From: a virus
Taxonomy: Duplodnaviria > Caudoviricetes
Reading direction: 5' to 3' (one strand)
Length of the DNA stretch: 50,768 nucleotides
Virus record (IMG/VR): IMGVR_UViG_3300012917_000004
Location: 1 to 50,768 of that record
The notes under the pieces were generated by a model. It saw nothing but the letters and a program-made list of their open reading frames with translations. It ran no database searches and was not told the origin of the DNA. Every line of letters begins with the position of its first letter. Position 1 is the stretch's first letter. A program made the translations under genes and the position numbers. Positions 36,262 to 46,168 of this stretch are shown here, one piece after another.

Positions 36262-37779
36262 ATGCTTATGAATTACGCTCTTAACTACGCTGCCGATGGC
36301 TTCGCCGTGTTCCCTTGCCGTCCAGGCAACAAAGAACCTATGGGTTCACTCGTCCCTAACGGCTGCCTTGATGCGACAACAGATGCCGAAACGATTAAAG
36401 GATGGTGGACTAAATGCCCAAATGCAAATATAGGACTAGCGACGGGAAAGAAAAGCAAAGTAGCTGTTGTAGACCTCGATGGTGCTTCTGGCATACTTTC
36501 AGGTACGCGGCTAAAGTTTTTTTCCGCAGTTACTTCTTTGACTGGGACCGGCAAACAACTTTGGTATGCAGACCCAAACGGAAGCTTAAAAAACTCTGTG
36601 AAAAAGTTAGCGACAGGAATAGACATACGCGGAGAAGGCGGTTATTGCGTGGTACCACCAAGTCTGCACCCAAACGGAAAAAGATATGCATGGGCTTCGC
36701 TGCCGTTGATTCGCGCCCATTTATCTCCCCTGCCGGATTTATTCAAATCCGAAACGCCCAAACTACTGCAAAACACACTACGAAAACCAGAAGGATGGAT
36801 AGCTGCTGCACTTGAAGAGATGAAGAAAGGACACGTGCATAACACGCTTATCAGTGTTCTCGGAAAGTTTCGTATTCATGGGTTCACCGAAGAAGATACA
36901 TATAAACTACTAGAACCATATGCATTTGAGAACGGGCGACCTTTTGATGGATTGCGTAATAAAATTACAGAAATATGGCAGCGTTATCAGCCAGGATTGG
37001 CAATGCAAAGTTCGTCTAAGTCGGAGACTATTGACACATTTTTAGAGGATATCAAGGAGCCGGAATGGATATGCAAACCGTTTTTCGCAAAAAGGTCAAT
37101 AGGCTTCGTAGTTGGATTGCCAGCAACACTAAAAACCTGGTTATGCGCCGATCTAGCTGTAGAGTGTGCGGGGCCGAGTGGTTTGTGGTTAGGACTGTTT
37201 CCCGTGACAAACTGCAAAGTCTTATTTATAGATCAAGAGCGATGGAAAGGCGAAACTCAGAGACGCTTCATGGCTATAATTGCTGCGAAAGGTTCAGCCC
37301 CTATTCATATGAAAGAACAACTACGTATGAAATCTGGGACAACTATTCGCTTGAATATAGATATGTCTTATCAAGCTTTCCGAACTGAATTACTAGAAAT
37401 GCGCCCAGATTTAGTTATAGTTGATAGCTTTGCCACATTTCATACAGTGCCCGAAACAGATCGTACAGAGATACAAAAAGTATTAGAGCGCATAAAAGAG
37501 CTGCGTAATGAAATCGGCTGCACTTTTCTTTTTATTAATCACGAATCGAAAGCGGCGTATCCTAACGGGGAACCGCAAGGCGTGCCCACACTTGCTACGA
37601 TGCTTGGTAGCACGGGTATAGGGGCAGCGGCAGAGTTTTGTTTAACTGTTCGCAAAGTAGACGAGAATACATCACTTGTCTACCATACAAAGTCTACGCT
37701 TGCATCTACCGTGAAAGCGTTTTATGCATCGGTAACAGATGTGCCAGAAGGAATCATTGTTCGCGGGCTGAATGATTGA
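36262..37779 (+). CDS. Bifunctional primase-polymerase fused to an AAA/RepA-like helicase
   Basis: GFAVFPC..KEP, PNANIGLATG, VVDLD, GIDIRGEGGYCVVPPSLH; variant Walker A GLPATLKT; LVIVDS; FINHESK. Confidence 0.9.
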   Translation: MLMNYALNYAADGFAVFPCRPGNKEPMGSLVPNGCLDATTDAETIKGWWTKCPNANIGLATGKKSKVAVVDLDGASGILSGTRLKFFSAVTSLTGTGKQLWYADPNGSLKNSVKKLATGIDIRGEGGYCVVPPSLHPNGKRYAWASLPLIRAHLSPLPDLFKSETPKLLQNTLRKPEGWIAAALEEMKKGHVHNTLISVLGKFRIHGFTEEDTYKLLEPYAFENGRPFDGLRNKITEIWQRYQPGLAMQSSSKSETIDTFLEDIKEPEWICKPFFAKRSIGFVVGLPATLKTWLCADLAVECAGPSGLWLGLFPVTNCKVLFIDQERWKGETQRRFMAIIAAKGSAPIHMKEQLRMKSGTTIRLNIDMSYQAFRTELLEMRPDLVIVDSFATFHTVPETDRTEIQKVLERIKELRNEIGCTFLFINHESKAAYPNGEPQGVPTLATMLGSTGIGAAAEFCLTVRKVDENTSLVYHTKSTLASTVKAFYASVTDVPEGIIVRGLND

Positions 37780-37883
37780 TGACACGACTAATACTATGTT
37801 TCTGGTGCGGGAAGCGTAATAGGCAAGGTTGTTGTTCTATATGCTGGCTCGATTTTAAACGATGGCTGTGTAAGGAATAGATT

Positions 37884-38309
37884 ATGAACGATAAACTAGA
37901 TAAAAAATTATGCAAACTTGCGCCATATCTATTCGCGGCTAGATATGCGCCAATGACAACAACTGCGATGTGTTGGGGGTTTGAATGCGGAGATGGCTGG
38001 TATAAGATCATCGAAGAAGCTGCCAAAAAGTTAGAGTTGTTAATCGTAGCTGCTATAGTCAAAGATTCGCAAGGATGGGGATATAGTTTCTATCGCGCTA
38101 GTCAAGTTAAGGAGAAGTACGGCACCTTGCGCTTCTACCTCTCGGGCGGCACTGACGATATGTATGCTATTACAGACGAGGCGGAAAAGCAAAGCGCTAA
38201 AACGTGTGAAATATGTGGAAAGCTGGGTAAATTACGCGGACGAATGTGGGTTTCTACTCGATGCTCTCCGTGTTGGAAACGAGAACAAAAAGAGCGAGGA
38301 ATGATATGA
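37884..38309 (+). CDS. Conserved-type phage hypothetical protein with a C-terminal zinc ribbon
   Basis: GFECGDGW..QVKEKYGTLRFY..TCEICG. Confidence 0.75.
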   Translation: MNDKLDKKLCKLAPYLFAARYAPMTTTAMCWGFECGDGWYKIIEEAAKKLELLIVAAIVKDSQGWGYSFYRASQVKEKYGTLRFYLSGGTDDMYAITDEAEKQSAKTCEICGKLGKLRGRMWVSTRCSPCWKREQKERGMI

Positions 38310-38623
38310 CTGATCCCGACAAGATCGCGAGGGGGATTCACATTCCAAGCTATGCGCTAGATGACGCAGACAAAGAGGATATTTGGAACGACATCGCCGC
38401 CACCCTGCGGGAGTATGGGGAAGAGTGCGTTGAGGAACAATACTGTAAACAGCCCGATTTTGCTCGATGGTTTCAGCAAGGAGAGACCGAAGGATATCGA
38501 AGAGGTGTGGAAGAGGCAGTCAAAAGATTGGTCTATCAGTTTGGAGATAATCCGAATGCTTTAGATCGCGGAGCTATCGCTGTTGTCGAAGCACTACAGC
38601 TCAACCAGGAGGGTGGGAAGTGA
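38306..38623 (+). CDS. Hypothetical protein, paralog B1
   Basis: MTDxDxIAR and LREYGE are shared with 39464-39733. Confidence 0.65.
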   Translation: MTDPDKIARGIHIPSYALDDADKEDIWNDIAATLREYGEECVEEQYCKQPDFARWFQQGETEGYRRGVEEAVKRLVYQFGDNPNALDRGAIAVVEALQLNQEGGK

Positions 38624-38648
38624 AAACTAAAATAAAAGGAGAAATAAA

Positions 38649-38849
38649 ATGGCATATGACGAATTAGCTAAATACTCAGAATTATCACAGATTTGTACTT
38701 CAACTCGTCAAACTCTAAGAGAGCGATTGGTTGAACGTAAACGTATCGTAGAAGAGCATTTGTCAAATGCGACGCAAGCGTTAGAATTCTTGGACAAGAA
38801 TCCGGCTTTTGAGTCATTTCATAATTTGATTGGTAAAACTGGATTCTGA
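38649..38849 (+). CDS. Small coiled-coil hypothetical protein
   Basis: Strong SD AAGGAG. Confidence 0.65.
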   Translation: MAYDELAKYSELSQICTSTRQTLRERLVERKRIVEEHLSNATQALEFLDKNPAFESFHNLIGKTGF

Positions 38850-39026
38850 GCCTACCCAGGCGGGGGAGTGAGGATGACGCGACGAGAAATGATGTGGAAG
38901 CAATTCGATGAACATGTCAAAGATAGATCCTTTAGCTATGCCTATGAAATTCTTGTACTCATTCAGCAATACGATGAGGTGGCCGATGAAAACGATCAGA
39001 TTGCACAAATCTAAGCGGAGAGCGCG

Positions 39027-39440
39027 ATGAGGAAAGGATATGAGTTTTGGACGAGAGTAAGTAAATCCGATACTTGTTGGTTGTGGACTGGTGGTAAGAC
39101 AGGAAAGAAAAACAAGTATGGTATTTATTTTCATGCCCCAGCTAGGCCTGTAGAAGCACATCGTTATGCTTATGAACAACTCAGAGGCCTGATTCCTCTA
39201 GGAATGGAACTCGACCATTTATGCCGTGTAACTCTTTGTGTGAATCCCAGCCATCTTGAAATTGTTTCGTCGAAAGTTAACACGCAGAGAGGATTGGCTC
39301 CTAGTGCCATGAATAAACGTAAAACAGTCTGTGGCAAATGTGGGAATCTATTCGATCACATAAGACCAAATGGCCATAGAGCGTGTAAGCCTTGTGACCG
39401 CAATAGAGCGCATGATAGATACTGGAGGAATCGTGGATAA
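39027..39440 (+). CDS. HNH homing endonuclease
   Basis: CWLWTG..YG..AHRYAY..LDHLCRVTLCVNPSHL..N. Confidence 0.92.
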   Translation: MRKGYEFWTRVSKSDTCWLWTGGKTGKKNKYGIYFHAPARPVEAHRYAYEQLRGLIPLGMELDHLCRVTLCVNPSHLEIVSSKVNTQRGLAPSAMNKRKTVCGKCGNLFDHIRPNGHRACKPCDRNRAHDRYWRNRG

Positions 39441-39463
39441 TGCAAAACGGGCGGGAAAATGAT

Positions 39464-39733
39464 ATGACCGATATCGACCGAATTGCACGCAGAGTTTACG
39501 ATTATATTGAGCTTCAATTCGATGAAGATCCTACGTATGAAACGATTGAAGCTGGAGTAGAGAAAATCATCACCGCTCTGCGCGAGTATGGAGAAGCAGA
39601 GCGATTGGCGGGCTTCGCCGTTGCGCGAGAGAAGGCGGTTCAGATTGCGGGAGAGCTAGAATGGAAAGATTTTGGCGATGATAATTGTTTAGAAATCACC
39701 GAGCGTATTCGGGCGATGGAGATGAATAAATGA
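39464..39733 (+). CDS. Hypothetical protein, paralog B2
   Basis: Same shared motifs as B1. Confidence 0.65.
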   Translation: MTDIDRIARRVYDYIELQFDEDPTYETIEAGVEKIITALREYGEAERLAGFAVAREKAVQIAGELEWKDFGDDNCLEITERIRAMEMNK

Positions 39734-40230
39734 TTTTAAAAAAGTATCGGCTATCGTCTGGAAATATTTATTGGCATAAATTATATTTCGCTATCATGCC
39801 GAAATGGATGAAAAAGTATTCGCCACCATTCGGTGATTACAATTATGCTGCTTATCTCTATCAACCCCATATATACTTGATCGAACTTTACGATAATGTT
39901 AAATGGTTCATACAGCGGGGTTGTAGAGGCTACAGTGAGCGTGATGTGTGGGGATGGTGCACTCATCATGCGAATATGATGATTGGTGTGCTGCGGCACC
40001 TCCGAAAGTACAAGCATGGCCACCCTATAGGCCTAACCCCCGGAAAGTGGGCGAAGAAGTTAAATGTCATGGAGCAGGGTTTCCAGGCATTCATGGACGA
40101 CGAGAACGATGTAACATCGTACAAGCAGCTATCGCACAAGGAATACAGAAAGCTGATCTTCCGCCGCCAGCGTAAGCTTATGCTTGGGCTAAAGTATTTT
40201 CGAGCATATTACGCTAATCTATGGGACTAA
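39730..40230 (+). CDS. Hypothetical protein
   Basis: WFIQRGCRGYSERDVW motif; ATGA coupling. Confidence 0.7.
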   Translation: MILKKYRLSSGNIYWHKLYFAIMPKWMKKYSPPFGDYNYAAYLYQPHIYLIELYDNVKWFIQRGCRGYSERDVWGWCTHHANMMIGVLRHLRKYKHGHPIGLTPGKWAKKLNVMEQGFQAFMDDENDVTSYKQLSHKEYRKLIFRRQRKLMLGLKYFRAYYANLWD

Positions 40231-40639
40231 AGGAGCGCATGTGAAAAAACTGCTGCCTTTTTTACTTGTTATCGTTTATATGAACTCTGGAAAAGTATAC
40301 CGTTATCCTGCTGGTGTTCATACCTACTTGGTCGGTGGCTCACAGTCGCTTATAGGAGCAGACACACCTAATAATGTTATGCAAATACAGGACAATGAAT
40401 ACCGCACAATAGCGGAATTTCCTATTAGTGGTGTGGAACGTTGGGAGTGTATATGATTAAAAATTGTCCGGTTTGTGACTATCCTTTTCGAGACGGCGAT
40501 GATGTTGTGGCTATGATGGTAGCCAAATTTAAAGTGATTGATAGCGATGTGAACTATGCGATCGAACATCCTACTAAATGTGTCGAAATAGTGCATATGG
40601 AATGTTCAGACTGGAAAGATTGCGATAGTGAGGAACACA

Positions 40640-41086
40640 ATGGCGACTAAGGCGCTTTATGATTGCTATTTGGCAGGGGCGATGCACAAGCGTCTTGGCC
40701 GAGATGTGCTAGCCGAACGCGATAACGCTAAAATAATCTGTAAACAACTTGGCCTCACATACTATGATCCGGCAGAAGATGAACTAATAAAGTCTAATAG
40801 CATTATTGATGGTAAACCTGATATTCGACTTATGAGACTATTCGTTAAAAAAGACTTTAAAAACCTCGATAAATGCAAATCAATTGTTGTTCTTACTGGT
40901 GATCGTTCAAGCGCGGGGACGGCCTGGGAAATGGGCCGAATGTACTTTAAGCATCGCCGTCCCATCGTTTTAGTAGCACCAAGTATGTATGATAGGCAGC
41001 TCACAAACTTTTCCACCGTTCTTGCTACGAAAGTTTGCGCGACGCAACTAGCCGCTTTTCGTTATCTTAAAAGGAGACTAAAATAA
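40640..41086 (+). CDS. Nucleoside 2-deoxyribosyltransferase-like protein
   Basis: YLAGAM, YYDP, D..LDKCKSIVV, SAGTAWEMG (catalytic Glu). Confidence 0.8.
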   Translation: MATKALYDCYLAGAMHKRLGRDVLAERDNAKIICKQLGLTYYDPAEDELIKSNSIIDGKPDIRLMRLFVKKDFKNLDKCKSIVVLTGDRSSAGTAWEMGRMYFKHRRPIVLVAPSMYDRQLTNFSTVLATKVCATQLAAFRYLKRRLK

Positions 41087-41271
41087 TGCACGTTTATCAG
41101 GTGATTGACGACTGTATACAAAGCGACGATGTTTATGCAACGAAAGAAGCGGCGGCAATGAGACTATTCGAGATTGTGATGAAAGCTAAGCTCGGAAGCA
41201 CTTTAAATGACTTATTGCGTGTGTATGAGCTCGATGTCAGATAAATATACCATAACAAAAGGAGCAAAATA

Positions 41272-41589
41272 ATGCCATTTACGACTAGCGAAGCAAGACG
41301 AATGACGGATACGGTTGGCCCGAAAGAGGTTGGTGACCAATGCTTTTTATATTATAGAAAAATGCTCAGGGCGTGGCGTGCATCTCCGCGCTGGACAACC
41401 GCCCATGATCTTTATCGTGACTTAATAGTAATTCCTAGGCTGCATGACGCAGATGTCACCGATGGTTTTTCCCAAAGACCTCTCGATGAAGTAACGGCGT
41501 CGGAACTGGCCTGGCAGGTGTTTTTTCAGCTGCACGTAATGCCCTATGAGCTTCAGAAGCGAACAATTAATGGCGAAGTGGACTATTGA
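41272..41589 (+). CDS. Hypothetical protein
   Basis: SD AAGGAG; PYELQKRTINGEV C-terminal motif. Confidence 0.7.
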   Translation: MPFTTSEARRMTDTVGPKEVGDQCFLYYRKMLRAWRASPRWTTAHDLYRDLIVIPRLHDADVTDGFSQRPLDEVTASELAWQVFFQLHVMPYELQKRTINGEVDY

Positions 41590-41769
41590 TGAATCTGTCA
41601 ACAATCTATAAGATATCGTTTACATTGGCGGCGATAGATTTAATGATCGCTACAGTTTGTGCAGCGAGCGGTGATACACACTTCATACCTTTCATGATCT
41701 TGGCAGGTATTATGTGGGCGCATGGCTTATATATCAAATCGAAAACACAGGAAAAGGAAGGAGAATAGA

Positions 41770-42132
41770 ATGGATGGTCAGTCGAGAATGGACGGAAAAA
41801 AGTTTGATGAAGGAAAACCTAAAATGAGCTTTGTTGCCAGATCATTATTGATCGCCATAGCTTATATCATGGAACCTGGCGCGATTAAGTATGGTCGCGA
41901 CAACTGGAAGGGCGGTATGCTGTGGAGTAGGCCATATGATGCTCTTCTTAGGCATTTAACAGCATGGTGGGATGGAGAAAGCGTGGACAGGGAAAGCGGA
42001 AAGTCGCACCTTTGGCATGCAGCTTGCGAGCTTATGTTTCTTATAGAGTATGAAGAAAAGAAAATCGGTAGTGACGATAGGCTACAGAAGTCTATCGCGG
42101 TAGATATTTTATACAAAAAGGAAACAGTTTGA
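41770..42132 (+). CDS. dATP/dGTP diphosphohydrolase-domain protein (DUF5664-type)
   Basis: KFDEGKP..GAIKYGRDNW..ALLRHL..DRESGKSHLWHAAC. Confidence 0.88.
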   Translation: MDGQSRMDGKKFDEGKPKMSFVARSLLIAIAYIMEPGAIKYGRDNWKGGMLWSRPYDALLRHLTAWWDGESVDRESGKSHLWHAACELMFLIEYEEKKIGSDDRLQKSIAVDILYKKETV

Positions 42133-43958
42133 ACTACGTCGATAAACGTATCGTAGTGGTGGATTTCGAGACTTATTATGATCGTAAGAAAGGATATGAT
42201 TTACGTTCTATGAGTTGTACTGAATACGTGCGAGATTGCAGATTTTGGCCCCACGGGCTTGCCTATCATTTTCTTGACGATGAGCAAACGCATTGGTTAG
42301 CCGGTAATCATGCAATCGAGGCGTGGATTGATTCGGTAGATTGGCCGAATACAGTCATTGTGGCGCATAATATTCGGTTTGACGGGGCTATTCTTGCTTG
42401 GCGATACCAAGTTAAGCCGTTTGCTTGGATGGATACATTAGGCCTGGCGAAAGCTGTCTTAGGCGAGAATGTATCCGGCTATTCACTTAAACGTTTGGCT
42501 GAATACCTCGGTTTGCCTGCTAAAGGGGAGATATCGTGCGAAGGTGTGTTACATCCATCACCAGAACAATTATCCGTTTTAGGCGAGTATTGTAAGAACG
42601 ATGTAGAACTGTGCAAAGGAATATATGAAAAACTTATCGGTCAATTCCCAATGTCGCAATTGTGGTCTATGGATTGGACAATCCGGGCTTTTATCGGAGC
42701 CAAACTCTGTTTATCGGAAAGTGTGCTTACGAAAGGGGTGCAAAATGAAAAAGCGCGGCGCGAAGAAATCATCAAAAAAAGCGGAATTGATAAAACCATC
42801 CTATCCTCCAATAAACAATTTGCAGAATATCTACGGAACCAAGGAATGGATGTCCCTACCAAGTTGTCAGGGCGCACGGGCAAGCAAATCCCAGCTTTCG
42901 CGCGGACAGATGAAGGCTTGTCTGTCATCATGGCCGTGGCCCCAGACCTCTATGCCGCCCGCATCGCCAGTAAAAGTAATCTCTTGGAAACAAGAGGCGA
43001 AAGCCTACTTATGGTTGCAAAAACAGGTTCTTTTCCGTTTGATGTGGGTTTTTCGGGAGCAGTTCAAACGCATCGGTATTCGGGGGGAAGTGGTGCTGGG
43101 GGTAATCCTCAAAATTTCACTCGTAATAGTTTTCTTCGTGATGCTATATGTGCTCCTAAAAACCATAAACTTATCGTTGGGGATTTTGCCGCCATTGAAC
43201 TACGGCTATTAGCATGGTTAGCGAAAGAGCCGAAGCTCATGGGTAAGATTATCAACGACGAAGACGTGTACTCTGACTTTGCATCTCTCAAGTATGGGCG
43301 GAAGATCACAAAGTCTGACAAAATAGAGCGCCAATTCGGGAAATGTTCCATCTTAGGCTTGGGTTATAATATGGGTGCAAAAAAGTTTAAATTCACCGTT
43401 AAAACACAGACGGGAATGGACATAAGTGAGGAGGAAGCATGGAAAACAGTAGATTTGTACCGAACTACATATTTCAATGTCCCGAAGCTGTGGGAGCAAG
43501 TCCATGCACTTTTACCGCTTTTTGCGGCGGGGAAAATAGGGTGTATTTGGTTTGCTCCATTCATAAAAGTAAAAAAAAACTCGCTTGTATTGCCTTCCGG
43601 CTTGACGGTTCAATACCCAAATCTTAGACAGGTAGGCGATGAATGGGTGTACGATACATACAAGAAAGTGTATGAAGCCGAGCAAACAAAGCTTTATGGC
43701 GGAAAATGCGTGGAAAATCTTTGTCAAGCTCTGGCGGGAGAATTAACTAAGCTGGCCATCGAAAGAGCAGAAGCGGCAGGATTACAGTGTGTTTTTCAGG
43801 TACACGATGAGATAGGTGTTATTGCCCCTAATAATCAGGCCCAAGAAGCTGCCGCTATTCTGAAGCGATGTATGGAGCAACCGCCTTTGTGGCTTCCTAC
43901 AATTCGTTTGAAAGCAGAAATCGGCATAGGGGACAACTGGGGAAATGCTAAATGTTGA
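42129..43958 (+). CDS. polA: DNA polymerase family A with 3'-5' exonuclease domain
   Basis: ExoI DFET, ExoII HNIRFD, ExoIII YCKND; motif A DFAAIELR, motif B RQFGKCSILGLGY, motif C VHDE. Confidence 0.95.
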   Translation: MNYVDKRIVVVDFETYYDRKKGYDLRSMSCTEYVRDCRFWPHGLAYHFLDDEQTHWLAGNHAIEAWIDSVDWPNTVIVAHNIRFDGAILAWRYQVKPFAWMDTLGLAKAVLGENVSGYSLKRLAEYLGLPAKGEISCEGVLHPSPEQLSVLGEYCKNDVELCKGIYEKLIGQFPMSQLWSMDWTIRAFIGAKLCLSESVLTKGVQNEKARREEIIKKSGIDKTILSSNKQFAEYLRNQGMDVPTKLSGRTGKQIPAFARTDEGLSVIMAVAPDLYAARIASKSNLLETRGESLLMVAKTGSFPFDVGFSGAVQTHRYSGGSGAGGNPQNFTRNSFLRDAICAPKNHKLIVGDFAAIELRLLAWLAKEPKLMGKIINDEDVYSDFASLKYGRKITKSDKIERQFGKCSILGLGYNMGAKKFKFTVKTQTGMDISEEEAWKTVDLYRTTYFNVPKLWEQVHALLPLFAAGKIGCIWFAPFIKVKKNSLVLPSGLTVQYPNLRQVGDEWVYDTYKKVYEAEQTKLYGGKCVENLCQALAGELTKLAIERAEAAGLQCVFQVHDEIGVIAPNNQAQEAAAILKRCMEQPPLWLPTIRLKAEIGIGDNWGNAKC

Positions 43959-44166
43959 TTGACCCCGCACGGAGGAACTATGAAAATAAAGTCTAGACGA
44001 CAACAATGTATTGATGCCGAACTCGGCCTAATTATTGACGAAATGGGACTAGCTATGTGGAACGCAGATAAACAATATATTGCACGGTCAGAAGCACCAC
44101 TTACGCTCAATATGAATGCTGCTTTATGTAAGTTTCAGAACTATTGCGTGAAATACTACGGAAAAA

Positions 44167-44487
44167 ATGAAAAAGCCTAAAACACTTGAGACGAAGCTTC
44201 GGTCGGCCATTCGGCTTATATGGTCCAGAAGCGCAGAGCGGCGAAACATATTGACAGAAGCAAAACAAAAAGATCCGTCGGTAGGCGGCTATGGTTTTGA
44301 TTGTCCCATTTGCGAACACTATTGGCCTATTCAGATGGCTGAAGTAGATCACGAACCGCCACTAGGCACATTTGATGACTGGCATAAAGTCGAGGACTAT
44401 ATTGCTCGTATGTTTTTCGGTCCTCAAAGAGCGATTTGTAAATTGTGCCATAAAAAAAAGACAGCAGAACAACGGAGGAAAAAGTGA
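44167..44487 (+). CDS. HNH-type nuclease
   Basis: CPIC..EVDH..ICKLCHKKKT. Confidence 0.75.
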   Translation: MKKPKTLETKLRSAIRLIWSRSAERRNILTEAKQKDPSVGGYGFDCPICEHYWPIQMAEVDHEPPLGTFDDWHKVEDYIARMFFGPQRAICKLCHKKKTAEQRRKK

Positions 44488-44912
44488 TTTATGGAATAAA
44501 TGGCGGAGAAGTTCTTATCGATCAAGAAGATTTAGCTCGTATTTCTTTGTTTACTTGGCGCGTTACACCGCAAGGTTATGCGCGGCATGACAAAAGAATT
44601 GGGGGAAAGCTTTATGCGATTCATATGCATAACTTTTTAATTGGTCGAGCATTAAAGCCAAATGATATAGATCATATTAATCGTAATAAATTAGACAATA
44701 GAAAAATAAATCTTCGTGTTGCTTCAAAAAGTCTGACAAAATTCAATCAGAATATGTATAAAAATAATAAATCTGGTGTCAAGGGTGTTTTCTTCAACCA
44801 TAATCGTAACCAATGGCAAGCAAGTTATGCTGGACTTCATTTAGGCTGGTTTCGAACTAAAAATGAGGCAATTCAATTAAGGGAGGAAGTCTTATATGGC
44901 AATAATCTTTGA
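44484..44912 (+). CDS. HNH homing endonuclease with AP2-like C-terminus
   Basis: MHNF..IDHINRNKLDNRKINLR..NKSGVKGV..HLGWF. Confidence 0.9.
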   Translation: MIYGINGGEVLIDQEDLARISLFTWRVTPQGYARHDKRIGGKLYAIHMHNFLIGRALKPNDIDHINRNKLDNRKINLRVASKSLTKFNQNMYKNNKSGVKGVFFNHNRNQWQASYAGLHLGWFRTKNEAIQLREEVLYGNNL

Positions 44913-45207
44913 GTTGGATACAGACCAAGGCAAGACACGAAAGATTGCATGGGTCGGATGTACTTCAGTGATTGGCGCAGATAAAGATGAAACGGACAAT
45001 ATTTATGAACAACTTGTTGCCCATGAGTGTTTTTTAGATGAATGAGCCATCAGAATTAGACATAGCGCAGTTGAGAGTCGAGATGCGTACTTTGTATAGT
45101 CATATTGGCTTTATTGGTTCATTGCAGGTACTATACGAAATAATGTACAGCGCCAGAGTACTCGCAGAAGTGATTCTCGAAGAAAAAAGTAAGAAAGGGG
45201 CCGATTA

Positions 45208-45963
45208 ATGACGAAACTAAAAGTGTTAGTTTTTGATATTGAAACTGCGCCTATGACGGCCTATGTTTGGGGCAGACACGATGTCAATATTGCTCTCGGA
45301 AACATACAGAAAGATTGGTCGATCATCGCTTGGTCTGCAAAGTGGCTCGGAAGCCCAGCATCAAGCATCATATACTACGATCAGCGAAACGCAAAAAACA
45401 TCGAAGATGATAAAGCTATTCTCAAGCCATTGTGGGAACTTTTAGACGAAGCCGACATTGTTGTAACGCAAAACGGTAAGAATTTCGATAGTAAGATGCT
45501 TAATGCGCGGTTTATTTCACATTGTTGGGCTCCCCCTAGCCCATATAGGCATCTTGATACCTATCAAATTGTTCGCCGCGTCGCTAAATTCACGTCAAAC
45601 AAGCTTGAATATCTTACTGAAAAGCTTTGTGTGCGCTATAAAAAGCTTTCCCACACGAAATTCCCTGGTATGTTGTTGTGGAGCGAGTGCCTCGCCGGTA
45701 ATAAAGCGGCATGGCGCGAGATGCAACGATATAATATCCATGATACCCTAGCGACGGAAGAGCTCTACGAGAAGGTGAAAGCTTGGGCTCCGGCTTCTAC
45801 CCCAGTCTTTTATGTAAAAGATACCTCAACGGAATGCCATAGATGCGGAAGCAACGACAAAATGCGGCGTAAGGGCCGAGAGATGACAAAAAGAGGTTTG
45901 ATGCAAAAGTATCAATGCCAGGGGTGCGGCGCATGGACACAAGGAAAGGCGAGAATACGATGA
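45208..45963 (+). CDS. RNase H-fold (DnaQ-like) exonuclease with a C-terminal zinc ribbon
   Basis: FDIET, QNGKNFD, HLDT, YNIHD; CHRC..CQGC. Confidence 0.85.
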   Translation: MTKLKVLVFDIETAPMTAYVWGRHDVNIALGNIQKDWSIIAWSAKWLGSPASSIIYYDQRNAKNIEDDKAILKPLWELLDEADIVVTQNGKNFDSKMLNARFISHCWAPPSPYRHLDTYQIVRRVAKFTSNKLEYLTEKLCVRYKKLSHTKFPGMLLWSECLAGNKAAWREMQRYNIHDTLATEELYEKVKAWAPASTPVFYVKDTSTECHRCGSNDKMRRKGREMTKRGLMQKYQCQGCGAWTQGKARIR

Positions 45964-46168
45964 GCGACGAAGGCTTTCTTGTCGATATACGAATAGCTGA
46001 GCTTTTCTTTAGGGTTTGTCGCCGCTATCGTCTTGAAGGCTTAAAGGAGCGAACGGCTCTTATGCGCGGGCTAGTAAAACGCAAAAAAGCACGGTATTTA
46101 AGAGATATTCAGCCTTTTTTAGCTGGAAAGAAAGTGTTAAAATTTGAGTCTAGGTCAAAGGAGCAACA

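Noticed and set aside
40640-42132. Z-genome (2-aminoadenine) or 7-deazaguanine modification pathway
   Set aside because: No PurZ, DpdA or Que/Fol-like genes are recognisable in the window.
42625-43212. 195-aa same-strand ORF nested in polA, and similar long shadow ORFs (24308-24754, 36414-36815, 49079-49564)
   Set aside because: No recognisable motifs or convincing RBS; they overlap well-supported genes.
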